64,000 nucleotides of DNA, from positions 1-64,000 of the IMG/VR virus record IMGVR_UViG_3300021963_000034. One strand, written 5' to 3'. Source of the DNA: a virus. A model generated the notes under the pieces. That model was given only the letters and a program-made list of their open reading frames with translations, was not told the DNA's origin and did not search any database. Of the stretch, positions 37,861-46,507 are shown in pieces (position 1 is the stretch's first letter; each line of letters opens with the position of its first letter). Made by a program: the position numbers and the translations under genes.

Positions 37861-38219
37861 TGGATAATAATCTTTACGAAGTTTGTAACGATGTTGAAAA
37901 AGCAATTGATTATGCTTTTAATGGTCAATTTGTTTTGAGTTTTTATGATTATTTAAAAGTTCGTGGAACTAAAAAAGTAGAAGTTGAACAGTTTATTGAA
38001 AGTAATACAGCACATGAACTGAGTAATCTTGTAATGGATTTGGATGACTATCTTGAAGGTGGGTCTGATGAGATGCATAAACAACTTCGTGAAGGATATG
38101 GTCATATTCCAAAGCCACAAGCAAGAAAAATAAGAAATTACCTATATGGTATTCTTGAAGATGCATGGAGATATAGTAATGACAAAAAACCGGGAAGGCG
38201 AAAGAAGCAAACTAAATAA
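37860..38219 (+). CDS. hypothetical protein
   Basis: ORF track. Confidence 0.75.
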   Translation: MDNNLYEVCNDVEKAIDYAFNGQFVLSFYDYLKVRGTKKVEVEQFIESNTAHELSNLVMDLDDYLEGGSDEMHKQLREGYGHIPKPQARKIRNYLYGILEDAWRYSNDKKPGRRKKQTK

Positions 38220-38385
38220 GTCAGAACCTCAAATTAATCGAGGTGTTGAATTATTACTTAGGAATAAAAGGAGGAGAGAATCAAAACCAAAAACCTTTCA
38301 AGTGAAGTTTGGTAAAATGATTTCTCTCTTTCGCAGAGAGTTTCACTTTTTTATAGAATTTCATTTTGATGTTAGAAAAAAATAA
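38179..38385 (+). CDS. hypothetical protein
   Basis: ORF track. Confidence 0.65.
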   Translation: MTKNREGERSKLNKSEPQINRGVELLLRNKRRRESKPKTFQVKFGKMISLFRREFHFFIEFHFDVRKK

Positions 38386-38403
38386 ACTCTCTGGAGAAAA
38401 CAA

Positions 38404-38637
38404 ATGGAAACGGCATACGTAGTAACATTTATTACAATGTTTACCTTGCTCTTTTTTATGGTAGGAGGTATAATAGGTTGGTTAACTTATAAACATCTAC
38501 TGGAATCAAAACCTCCATATTTGCATCCAGAGTTTTTTGATGAAAATGGTCAGATTATTCCTGACGAAATAGTATCTGTACGATTTGAAAACGATTACGA
38601 TTATGACTACGACGAAGATGAAGAAAGCGACGATTGA
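38404..38637 (+). CDS. membrane-anchored hypothetical protein (HPEFFD motif)
   Basis: ORF track. Confidence 0.75.
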   Translation: METAYVVTFITMFTLLFFMVGGIIGWLTYKHLLESKPPYLHPEFFDENGQIIPDEIVSVRFENDYDYDYDEDEESDD

Positions 38638-39178
38638 AAAACCTATTGAAACTCTTCCAACAAACCCCTTTGTATTTGAGATTCTAGAACTTGCCTCAAA
38701 GCAAAGAAGCAATGCAAAGAAAGTAGAAGTTCTTAAGACATATGAACACGATTCTCTAAAAGCAATTTTTATTTGGAACTTTGATGAGTCTGTTATTTCC
38801 CTTCTTCCCGAAGGTCAAGTTCCATATGCCAGTACAGGAGAGCAAACATCCTATAGTGGAACTCTAAGTGGAAAAATTGAAGACGCAGTATCTAAGATGC
38901 AAGAGTTAAACTCAAATTCTCTTGGATCAATGGATCAAGGAAAATCTTCCATCAGAAAAGAATATCATATGTTTTATAATTTCCTAAAAGGTGGTAATGA
39001 TGGATTGAGTTCTCTACGTAGAGAAACTATGTTTATTAATATTCTTCAGGGACTTCATCCTCTTGAGGCAGAAATTCTTTGTTTGGTAAAAGATAAAAAA
39101 CTTTCCAATAAATATAAGATATCTTTTGAAAATGTTAAAGAAGCATACCCCGATATTCAATGGGGTGGTCGTTCATGA
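38603..39178 (+). CDS. conserved T4-like phage hypothetical protein
   Basis: LP.G.VPY, RRETMFI.IL.GLHP.EAE. Confidence 0.75.
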   Translation: MTTTKMKKATIEKPIETLPTNPFVFEILELASKQRSNAKKVEVLKTYEHDSLKAIFIWNFDESVISLLPEGQVPYASTGEQTSYSGTLSGKIEDAVSKMQELNSNSLGSMDQGKSSIRKEYHMFYNFLKGGNDGLSSLRRETMFINILQGLHPLEAEILCLVKDKKLSNKYKISFENVKEAYPDIQWGGRS

Positions 39179-39513
39179 GTGCAGTAGTAGGAGAAAAGAA
39201 AAAAATGGCAGAAAATAAAACCAAGATTAATAAAGTTCTGCCACATGAATATGGATGCGAAATTCTTTTAGAAAAAACTACTGTAGAAAAAGCAAAAGAT
39301 TCTTCACTCCCAAATGATGCATATTTAATTTGGTATATCGTTGATGATGAAGAATGTATTGATCTAACTCGTTGCCCCAAACGAGTAAATCTTTTTGATA
39401 TGTACTACGATAAGTATGGTCCTGGTGCTGTTAAAAAAATTGATTTTGGGTATGGTAGAACTAATCCAAAACTTTGGGGATATAAACAACCAGAGAAAAA
39501 GAAAAGAAAATGA
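39175..39513 (+). CDS. hypothetical protein
   Basis: ORF track; NPKLWGY. Confidence 0.75.
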   Translation: MSAVVGEKKKMAENKTKINKVLPHEYGCEILLEKTTVEKAKDSSLPNDAYLIWYIVDDEECIDLTRCPKRVNLFDMYYDKYGPGAVKKIDFGYGRTNPKLWGYKQPEKKKRK

Positions 39514-39689
39514 GTTCAGGATTTGATGTAGAAATTGAAATGCCGAAGTCTGATATTGACAAACTTCTTAAGCAGTATAAAAAAATAAAAAAGTATCAAA
39601 AATCATCTCTGTATGCTATCAAAACAATGGACGGCACAGAAGATATTGTGAGTTCATTGATAAAGGAAGCGGAGGAGAATCCACTGTAA
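39510..39689 (+). CDS. hypothetical protein (59 aa)
   Basis: Hand-translated; fills the gap exactly. Confidence 0.65.
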   Translation: MSSGFDVEIEMPKSDIDKLLKQYKKIKKYQKSSLYAIKTMDGTEDIVSSLIKEAEENPL

Positions 39690-40016
39690 ATGGGAAAGCA
39701 TTATCTACTTAACTTGTATGGATGCTCGTTTGTCCTTTTGGACGACGAGCGTTGTCTTATAGACTTACTAGAAAACGCAGCAGTAGCAAGTGGTGCTACT
39801 GTGGTTCAAACTATCTCAAAAAAGTTTGAACCACAGGGAGTTACTGTTATTTGTTTATTGTCTGAAAGTCATATTAGTATTCATACTTGGCCTGAAGAAG
39901 GTAAGGCAGCAGTGGACGTTTATACCTGTGGTGATTGTAATCCAAAGATTGGGTGTGATATGATTATCGAACAACTCTTTGCACAGAACCATACATTAAG
40001 TTATATTGAACGGTAA
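39690..40016 (+). CDS. speD: S-adenosylmethionine decarboxylase proenzyme
   Basis: GKH, FEPQGVT, LSESHISIHTWPE, DVYTCG. Confidence 0.95.
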   Translation: MGKHYLLNLYGCSFVLLDDERCLIDLLENAAVASGATVVQTISKKFEPQGVTVICLLSESHISIHTWPEEGKAAVDVYTCGDCNPKIGCDMIIEQLFAQNHTLSYIER

Positions 40017-40026
40017 CAAAAGTTAC
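40013..40026. promoter_or_regulatory. NtcA box
   Basis: GTA-ACAAAAGT-TAC (GTA-N8-TAC) upstream of TATAAT at 40059. Confidence 0.6.
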
Positions 40027-40073
40027 AAAAGTACTTGTATAGATAATGTAACTAGAGGTATAATAATCCTCTA

Positions 40074-40377
40074 CCGTTCATCCTATGACTAAAGCACTCT
40101 TGCTTTTAGCATGGGTTCCTTTCCTCTTTGTTTCAGCGCCACAAGCATCTAGCATCCAACAGGTTGCAGTTTCTTGTGACACCGCGATGGAACTAATGGA
40201 CATCGTTAAAAACGGCGATGTAGTATCACAAAAGACAGAGGACCGATTGTTATTAGAACTCCGAAAGGATTTTATAGTAAAGTGCTAAAACCTAATAGGA
40301 CGGAAGTAAGCCGACGCGGAACGGATCGTTCATTCGCTATTCGCAAATAGCGAACGCAAACGCCGACTGAAGGAACG
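40074..40377 (+). ncRNA. tandem glutamine riboswitch (glnA/Downstream-peptide type); aptamer 1 encloses an ORF
   Basis: Aptamer 1 CCGTTCA-TCCTAT[...]ATAGGA-CGGAAGTAAGCCGACGCGGAACGG (40074-40324); aptamer 2 CGTTCA-TTCGCTATT/AATAGCGAA-CGCAAACGCCGACTGAAGGAACG (40327-40377); precedes a DUF4278-like gene. Confidence 0.8.
40085..40288 (+). CDS. small secreted two-Cys protein nested in a riboswitch loop
   Basis: ORF track; signal-peptide-like N-terminus. Confidence 0.7.
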   Translation: MTKALLLLAWVPFLFVSAPQASSIQQVAVSCDTAMELMDIVKNGDVVSQKTEDRLLLELRKDFIVKC

Positions 40378-40408
40378 CTCTTTAACCTAAAAAACTAAGG
40401 AGAACCCA

Positions 40409-40546
40409 ATGTCTAGAGTAGTATATCGTGGTGTTGAGTATGACACCCAAAAGCGTCTTGAGTATCAACAACAAATGATGCAGCAACCCCAACAATACAA
40501 CGAAACCTATCGTGGTGTTAAGTTTGTAAAGGAGGGGCATAAATGA
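40409..40546 (+). CDS. DUF4278-like peptide (two YRG motifs)
   Basis: MSRVVYRGVEYD...TYRGVKF; AAGGAG RBS; not in ORF track. Confidence 0.85.
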   Translation: MSRVVYRGVEYDTQKRLEYQQQMMQQPQQYNETYRGVKFVKEGHK

Positions 40547-40641
40547 AGAAACTAAACTTCCTTCAACTCATTAAAGAGCAAAAACAAAAAGAAGAGAGGC
40601 GTCAAAAAGCATCTCTTGCTACTTTAGTAGCAGCAAAATAA
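40543..40641 (+). CDS. 32-aa basic peptide
   Basis: MKKLNFLQLIKEQKQKEERRQKASLATLVAAK; GGAGG RBS. Confidence 0.6.
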   Translation: MKKLNFLQLIKEQKQKEERRQKASLATLVAAK

Positions 40642-40644
40642 TTT

Positions 40645-40683
40645 AGAGAGGGACTTGACTCCCTCTCTTTTTTTATGTATAAT
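40645..40683 (+). terminator. terminator with the -35 of the next promoter in its loop
   Basis: AGAGAGGGA-CTTGAC-TCCCTCTCT + T-run; TTGACT-N17-TATAAT. Confidence 0.75.
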
Positions 40684-40706
40684 TACCTTTGTCGAGGTTA
40701 ATAAAC

Positions 40707-40892
40707 ATGGATCAAGAAAAGCTTAAGCTAATTGTCAGAAACCTTGAATCTCTGGTAGAATGTTTAAAGTCAGAGATTAGTTCTGATGAGGATTCTTTTA
40801 AACCAGAATTACAATATGAGGAAATTAAAAACTTTCTAAATGATTACGACGAAGTATTTTATGACGAGGAAGATGAATACAATGTTCGATGA
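40707..40892 (+). CDS. hypothetical protein
   Basis: ORF track (ATG 40707). Confidence 0.7.
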   Translation: MDQEKLKLIVRNLESLVECLKSEISSDEDSFKPELQYEEIKNFLNDYDEVFYDEEDEYNVR

Positions 40893-41592
40893 TTTTGAAT
40901 TTATGAAACCAGAAGTAAAACTAATTAGTGTTACTCCTGACGCAGAAAAGCATATGGCATATTGTGCTCGCGTAAGTAACCCTGCAAATCAGGAGAATGA
41001 AAAGTTCTCTGGACTACTCAAGTATTGTATTCAACATCAGCACTGGAGCATCTTTGAGCAAGCAAGTATGACTGTAGAAATTAATACTACAAGAGGTATC
41101 GCAGCTCAGATTTTACGTCATAGGTCATTTACATATCAAGAATTTTCGCAACGATATGCTGATGCTAATCTTCTGAATAATACTATTCCTCTTCCTGAAC
41201 TTCGTCGTCAGGATACAAAGAATCGTCAGAATAGTATCGATGATATTCCGGACTATCTGCGTCTAACTTTGACAGAAGATGTCCGCGTCCATTTTGAGAG
41301 TGCTCTACGCCTCTACAACCGCCTTCTGGAGAAAGGAGTGGCAAAGGAGTGTGCAAGGTTTGTACTGCCCTTAGCAACGCCTACAAGACTCTATATGACC
41401 GGTTCTGTAAGGTCATGGATCCATTATATTGATCTTCGTTCTGCACATGGTACACAGAAAGAACATATGGAGATTGCAGAACTTGTTCGCTGTATCTTTA
41501 CCTGCCAGTTCCCTGCGGTATCTGAAGCACTTGGTTGGACTCGTGAGGGATGTGTAGAATGTGTTGATCCACCTTCAGTCACTATTGAATAA
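40882..41592 (+). CDS. thyX: flavin-dependent thymidylate synthase
   Basis: HWSIFEQ, QILRHRSFTYQEFSQRY, ECARFVLP. Confidence 0.95.
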   Translation: MFDDFEFMKPEVKLISVTPDAEKHMAYCARVSNPANQENEKFSGLLKYCIQHQHWSIFEQASMTVEINTTRGIAAQILRHRSFTYQEFSQRYADANLLNNTIPLPELRRQDTKNRQNSIDDIPDYLRLTLTEDVRVHFESALRLYNRLLEKGVAKECARFVLPLATPTRLYMTGSVRSWIHYIDLRSAHGTQKEHMEIAELVRCIFTCQFPAVSEALGWTREGCVECVDPPSVTIE

Positions 41593-41621
41593 ATATCCTT
41601 ACATACTATGGAGGTGTAACA

Positions 41622-41870
41622 TTGGCAACGTATCCAGTTTATAATAAAGTTACTGGTGAACAAAAAGAAGTTGTTCTCAGTGTTCATGATTGGGATCAGT
41701 GGAAAAAAGATAATCCAGATTGGGATAGAGATTGGTCTGATCCATCAACTTGTCCTGCATCTGGAGAAGTTGGTGAGATTTATGATCGACTTATAAAATC
41801 TCATCCAGGATGGAATGATGTTCTTCATAAAGCATCAAAAGCACCAGGATCAAAAGTAAAACCAATTTAA
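41622..41870 (+). CDS. hypothetical protein (TTG start)
   Basis: GGAGG RBS; ORF track. Confidence 0.75.
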   Translation: MATYPVYNKVTGEQKEVVLSVHDWDQWKKDNPDWDRDWSDPSTCPASGEVGEIYDRLIKSHPGWNDVLHKASKAPGSKVKPI

Positions 41871-41877
41871 TCATTCT

Positions 41878-42630
41878 ATGGCAAGAAGAAGAAAAGAAGA
41901 CCAACCAATTGGTGTTGGGATGACTGCTAAGCAGATGAAGCGTAAAAAACCAATCAATCTAGATTTAATTAGAGAGATTGAACCACTAACAGATAATCAA
42001 AAACTTTTATATCAAGCATACGAAAAGGGACAAAATATCGTTGCATATGGATGCGCAGGAACAGGTAAGACATTCATCACGCTTTATAACGCTCTTCAAG
42101 ACGTACTTGATGAAAGATCTCCTTACGAAAAGATTTATATCGTTAGGTCTCTTGTTGCTACCCGTGAAATTGGTTTTCTTCCTGGTGATCATGAAGACAA
42201 GTCATCACTTTATCAAATTCCCTATAAGAATATGGTGAAGTATATGTTTCAGATGCCAGATGATGCGTCGTTTGAAATGCTTTATGGAAATCTAAAACTT
42301 CAAGGAACAATTAGTTTTTGGTCTACTTCCTTTATTCGTGGAACTACTCTGGATAATGCAATCATCATTGTCGATGAATTTCAAAACTTGAATTTTCATG
42401 AACTTGATAGTATCATTACTCGTGTAGGTGAAAATAGTAAGATTATGTTCTGTGGAGATGCTACTCAAAGCGATCTTATTAAAACGAACGAAAAGAATGG
42501 AATTATCGATTTTATGAAAGTTCTTCGCGTGATGCCTTCAATTGATATTATTGAATTTGGAGTTGATGATATCGTCCGCTCTGGATTTGTGAAGGAATAT
42601 ATTCTTGCTAAAATGGAAGTCGGTGTATGA
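41878..42630 (+). CDS. phoH: PhoH-family ATPase
   Basis: GCAGTGKT, IGFLPG, RGTTLD, DEFQN, GDATQSD. Confidence 0.95.
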   Translation: MARRRKEDQPIGVGMTAKQMKRKKPINLDLIREIEPLTDNQKLLYQAYEKGQNIVAYGCAGTGKTFITLYNALQDVLDERSPYEKIYIVRSLVATREIGFLPGDHEDKSSLYQIPYKNMVKYMFQMPDDASFEMLYGNLKLQGTISFWSTSFIRGTTLDNAIIIVDEFQNLNFHELDSIITRVGENSKIMFCGDATQSDLIKTNEKNGIIDFMKVLRVMPSIDIIEFGVDDIVRSGFVKEYILAKMEVGV

Positions 42631-43307
42631 GTTTTATTCATTGTAATTACTTAGGTGATCTTGAATTAGAAAAGAAAGAAACAAATGGCATCCGCTTGTA
42701 TAATCTTCCTGATGGTCAGTGGGTGCCATCAATTACATCTGTGACTTCTTTTTATAATCGCGATATCTTTATTAAGTGGAGAAAAAGAGTAGGACTGGAA
42801 GAGGCAAATCGAATTACTAAAAGAGCCACTGCAAGAGGAACCGATTTTCACCAAGTCTGTCAAGATTATTTGGAAAACAAAGAACTTGATTGGAATGATT
42901 ATCAACCAATGACAAAGATAATGTTTTCTTACGCAAAACCTTATCTTAATAAGATAAATAATATTCATGCAATTGAAAGGACACTTTATTCTGAATATTT
43001 GGGACTTGCTGGAAGAGTAGATTGTATTGCAGAATACGAAGGAGAACTAGCAGTAATAGATTTTAAAACATCTGAGAAGATTAAACCCGAGGAGTGGATT
43101 GAAAATTATTTTGTTCAAGAAACTTTTTATGCTGCAGCATATTACGAACTCACTGGTCAGGTTGTTAAGAAACTTATTACACTCATGGTAACTCCTGGTG
43201 GAGAAGTGAAAGTATTTGACAAAAGAAACAAAGGCGACTATATTAAACTATTAGTTCGTTATATTAAAGAATTTGTACATCACAATACTAGGTCAGATGG
43301 AGAATGA
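42627..43307 (+). CDS. PD-(D/E)XK exonuclease
   Basis: PSITSV, RGTDFH, AGRVDCIA..IDFKTS. Confidence 0.88.
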   Translation: MSFIHCNYLGDLELEKKETNGIRLYNLPDGQWVPSITSVTSFYNRDIFIKWRKRVGLEEANRITKRATARGTDFHQVCQDYLENKELDWNDYQPMTKIMFSYAKPYLNKINNIHAIERTLYSEYLGLAGRVDCIAEYEGELAVIDFKTSEKIKPEEWIENYFVQETFYAAAYYELTGQVVKKLITLMVTPGGEVKVFDKRNKGDYIKLLVRYIKEFVHHNTRSDGE

Positions 43308-43554
43308 ATTAGAGAAAGCATTAGAAAGTAAGTTTTTTTGTCCCTCTAAATTCGCACAAGAAATCGAAAATCTTGTACAAGTTAATGTTGAAATGAACTA
43401 TATCGATGCCATTGTTTATTTTTGTGAACAAAATAACATCGATATAGAGTCAGTGCCAAAACTTATTTCAAAACCATTGAAAGAGAAAATTAAGTATGAA
43501 GCAATGGAACTTAATTTTTTAAAGAAAACATCTCGTGCTAAATTAGTTTTTTGA
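43297..43554 (+). CDS. g33: late promoter transcription coactivator gp33
   Basis: YIDAIV.FCE, LKEKIKYEAMELNFL; synteny with g59/g32. Confidence 0.88.
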   Translation: MENELEKALESKFFCPSKFAQEIENLVQVNVEMNYIDAIVYFCEQNNIDIESVPKLISKPLKEKIKYEAMELNFLKKTSRAKLVF

Positions 43555-44151
43555 ATGATTCCTTTTGATGCTTATAAATGTTATTTGTCTTTGAAAAATC
43601 ATTTTACCAAAGACAATTATGATTACCATAAGTATTGTGGTAAAAGTAGAGCAACTCTTCAATCTTTTTATAGAAGAAAAGATAGGATGTGGTTTGAAAA
43701 AGTTTCCAGACAAAAATCTGATAAAGAGGTAGAAGAGTTTTTCGTCGCCAATTTCGTATCATGCAATGATCCAGAAACTCTCTGGATTGGAGAAATGATT
43801 AAAGATGGTGAAGGAAGATATACTGAATGGAAAAAGAAAATACAATCTCTTTCATATATCTTTAAACAAGAAACAGAAAATTTATTTTCTGAAAACAAAT
43901 TTGAGGATGTTTTTAAGTGTTCTAAGGGACATCCTCCAATCTTAAAAAAGTTCCTGAACGGTAATATTAGCCTAGAAACTCTAGTCATATATGATAAAAT
44001 ATTCCTGTTCGGGAATGACTTTGATAAGAAACTTCAAGACCCGGTATGGCAAACCGTCAGTCGTAGGATTAAAAAATATAATCCATTTCTAAATATTGAT
44101 GTATTTCGTTACCGAAAAATTTTAAAGGAAGTAGTTCTAGGAGAAAGATGA
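43555..44151 (+). CDS. g59: helicase loader gp59
   Basis: YLSLKNHF..YDYHKY.GK, ISLET. Confidence 0.9.
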   Translation: MIPFDAYKCYLSLKNHFTKDNYDYHKYCGKSRATLQSFYRRKDRMWFEKVSRQKSDKEVEEFFVANFVSCNDPETLWIGEMIKDGEGRYTEWKKKIQSLSYIFKQETENLFSENKFEDVFKCSKGHPPILKKFLNGNISLETLVIYDKIFLFGNDFDKKLQDPVWQTVSRRIKKYNPFLNIDVFRYRKILKEVVLGER

Positions 44152-44492
44152 GTTTTTTTAATTCTGAAGTTGTACGTGCTGAGATGGTAGAAATATCTGA
44201 ACTTCAAGAGGAAATTTATGGAAGTGTCTTTAAATTTCCAGCTATGACGAAAGAAGATAAAATTAAGCATGTTGATCTTTTAGAAAAACTTTTGAATAAG
44301 CAACAAATTCTTTATACTCGTTTAAGTTTATCTGATGATCCTGAAGCTCAGGAAATGAAAAAACGGATAACAGAATCTGCTTCTATGATGGGTCTTCCTT
44401 CTGGAGTGGACATGAATATCATCTTTGGTAATATGACTAAGATGCTTGAAGTGATGAGGAAACAGATTGACAAGACTGGTTCCGACCTGTAG
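44148..44492 (+). CDS. DUF1825-like protein
   Basis: MSFFNSEVV...RLSLSDDPEA. Confidence 0.75.
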   Translation: MSFFNSEVVRAEMVEISELQEEIYGSVFKFPAMTKEDKIKHVDLLEKLLNKQQILYTRLSLSDDPEAQEMKKRITESASMMGLPSGVDMNIIFGNMTKMLEVMRKQIDKTGSDL

Positions 44493-44539
44493 AATAACGA
44501 AGTACACAAAGGCCAAATCTCAACAAATAAGAGGTACAA

Positions 44540-45493
44540 ATGTCTAATTTTGCAAATCTTAAAAAGCAATCTTCGCTTGGTTCATTGACTGAGAAACTAG
44601 TGAAGCAAGTCGAGAAGATGAATACCACTTCTGGTGGTGCTGATGAACGTCTCTGGAAACCTGAGATGGATAAAACTGGAGTAGGTTCTGCAGTTGTTCG
44701 TTTCCTGCCTGCTCCTGATGGCGAAGATGTTCCTTGGGTAAAGATGTATACTCACGCTTTCCAAGGTCCTGGTGGTTGGTATATTGAAAACAGTTTGACT
44801 ACGATTGGTCAAAAAGATCCTGTTAGTGAATACAATCGTGGTCTCTGGAATAGTGGTAGCGAGAAAGATAAGGAAACTGTTCGTAAGCAAAAGCGTAAAC
44901 TTTCTTACTACAGCAACATTTATGTTGTAAAGGATCCTGCTAATCCATCTAACGAAGGTAAAGTATTTCTCTTTAAGTATGGTAAGAAGATCTTTGATAA
45001 GATTCTGAATGCTATGCAACCTGAGTTTGATGATGAAGATCCGATCAATCCTTTTGACTTCTGGCAAGGTGCAAACTTCAAGATCAAGATCGTGAAGAAA
45101 GATGGTTATTGGAACTATGATAAGTCTGAATTTGATCGTGTTGCTCCTCTTCTGGATGATGATGACGCACTTGAAGCACTTTGGAAGAAAGAGTATTCTC
45201 TGACTGCAATCACTGCTCCAGATCAGTTTAAGACTTATGAAGAACTTGAGAAGCGTATGAATTACGTTCTTGGTGTTGGTGGAACTAATACACCCACTCA
45301 GTCTCGTGCAGTAGTTGAACAGGAAGATGTATACGAGTCTTACAGTTCTCCCGTAACCCGTGAGGATAAAGTTATGGAAGAACTTGAGCAGTCTTATACT
45401 CGTTCTAAGTCTCCTTCACTTCCAGTTATCTCTCAAGATACTGATGATGAAGATGACGCTCTTTCTTATTTCCAGCGACTTGCTGAAGATTGA
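44540..45493 (+). CDS. g32: single-stranded DNA-binding protein gp32
   Basis: RFLPAP, HAFQGPGGWYIEN, FDFWQGANFK, acidic tail. Confidence 0.95.
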   Translation: MSNFANLKKQSSLGSLTEKLVKQVEKMNTTSGGADERLWKPEMDKTGVGSAVVRFLPAPDGEDVPWVKMYTHAFQGPGGWYIENSLTTIGQKDPVSEYNRGLWNSGSEKDKETVRKQKRKLSYYSNIYVVKDPANPSNEGKVFLFKYGKKIFDKILNAMQPEFDDEDPINPFDFWQGANFKIKIVKKDGYWNYDKSEFDRVAPLLDDDDALEALWKKEYSLTAITAPDQFKTYEELEKRMNYVLGVGGTNTPTQSRAVVEQEDVYESYSSPVTREDKVMEELEQSYTRSKSPSLPVISQDTDDEDDALSYFQRLAED

Positions 45494-46504
45494 TTATTCA
45501 GAAAGTTTAATATTGTGCGCTTTCTTTAGGGTATCACTCACATACTGGGTGCTACCCTTTTTATATGGCATAATATCTTCTAAGTCATTAAACATTACGT
45601 TCAGATAACTTGGTTTTAGTATAAAGATATTTCTTTTTCTATTTTCAATTTCAGATTCATATTCAAAATTTGTAACTGATCTTAAAATTGATGATGAAGG
45701 TAATAATGAGTAATAGTTTAGTCCTGCATCATAAAATTCGTAGTAGTATGAATTTCCTCCAGTTCCCACTTGAAAAATAACTTCCTCGCTGCCATTTGTA
45801 CTTAAAGTTGGTGTTGCGGAAATTGGTGTTCTTGGTAATTCATATGTAAATGAAACTGCAATGTCATCGAATGGAACATACGCGGAGGTAACTTCAAATC
45901 TACCATTGAATATTCTTTCTGAAATATTGTTGATATTAACTTCAGAACCAACGTTTAATCCTTTTATGCCGTTGTTTAATGTTATGGTTACTGTTTTTGA
46001 TGGTGTTCTGCCATCTCCAGAAAATATTTGAGTAATTTTTGAGTTATTCACTTCAATAAAATTACCGCTAGTCTTCCATGTATTTGGCATTTTTAATCCA
46101 GCAGGTAAGACAACAGCACCTCTAGAATCTGTAGTTCCTATAGTTTCATAGTGATGAACACCAGAGTATAAGTTTTCATATGATCCATATTTGTTTAGGA
46201 GAACTTCATCAAATACTGATAGTGGCAAAGGCCATTCTGTTTGAACACTGAGAATATTATTGGACAACAATACCACCCAATCTAGAGTTTCATCTCCGTA
46301 GACTTTATAAGCAACATTGTCTGGTCTATCACCTCCTTGGATTTGATATTTTTCAAAGAAAGAAAGATTTCCAAAAATGTCTTCTCTAAGTTTCCCTCTC
46401 TTGAATAAATTTTTTACAGGAACACTGTCTGTAATTGAACTATATTGAGTAGTTCTATCTACATATTCGAAGTTTGGTACTTGTCTGAAATATGGTTTTG
46501 CCAT
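45494..46504 (-). CDS. g53: baseplate wedge gp53-like
   Basis: RPDNVAYKVYG..LDWVVLL.NNI, NFEYE..EN.KRNI. Confidence 0.85.
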   Translation of the reverse strand: MAKPYFRQVPNFEYVDRTTQYSSITDSVPVKNLFKRGKLREDIFGNLSFFEKYQIQGGDRPDNVAYKVYGDETLDWVVLLSNNILSVQTEWPLPLSVFDEVLLNKYGSYENLYSGVHHYETIGTTDSRGAVVLPAGLKMPNTWKTSGNFIEVNNSKITQIFSGDGRTPSKTVTITLNNGIKGLNVGSEVNINNISERIFNGRFEVTSAYVPFDDIAVSFTYELPRTPISATPTLSTNGSEEVIFQVGTGGNSYYYEFYDAGLNYYSLLPSSSILRSVTNFEYESEIENRKRNIFILKPSYLNVMFNDLEDIMPYKKGSTQYVSDTLKKAHNIKLSE

Positions 46505-46507
46505 TTT

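Noticed and set aside
42627-43307. Cas4-like nuclease as evidence of a CRISPR system
   Set aside because: Standard PD-(D/E)XK exonuclease in the phoH-g33-g59-g32 block; no array or other cas genes in the window
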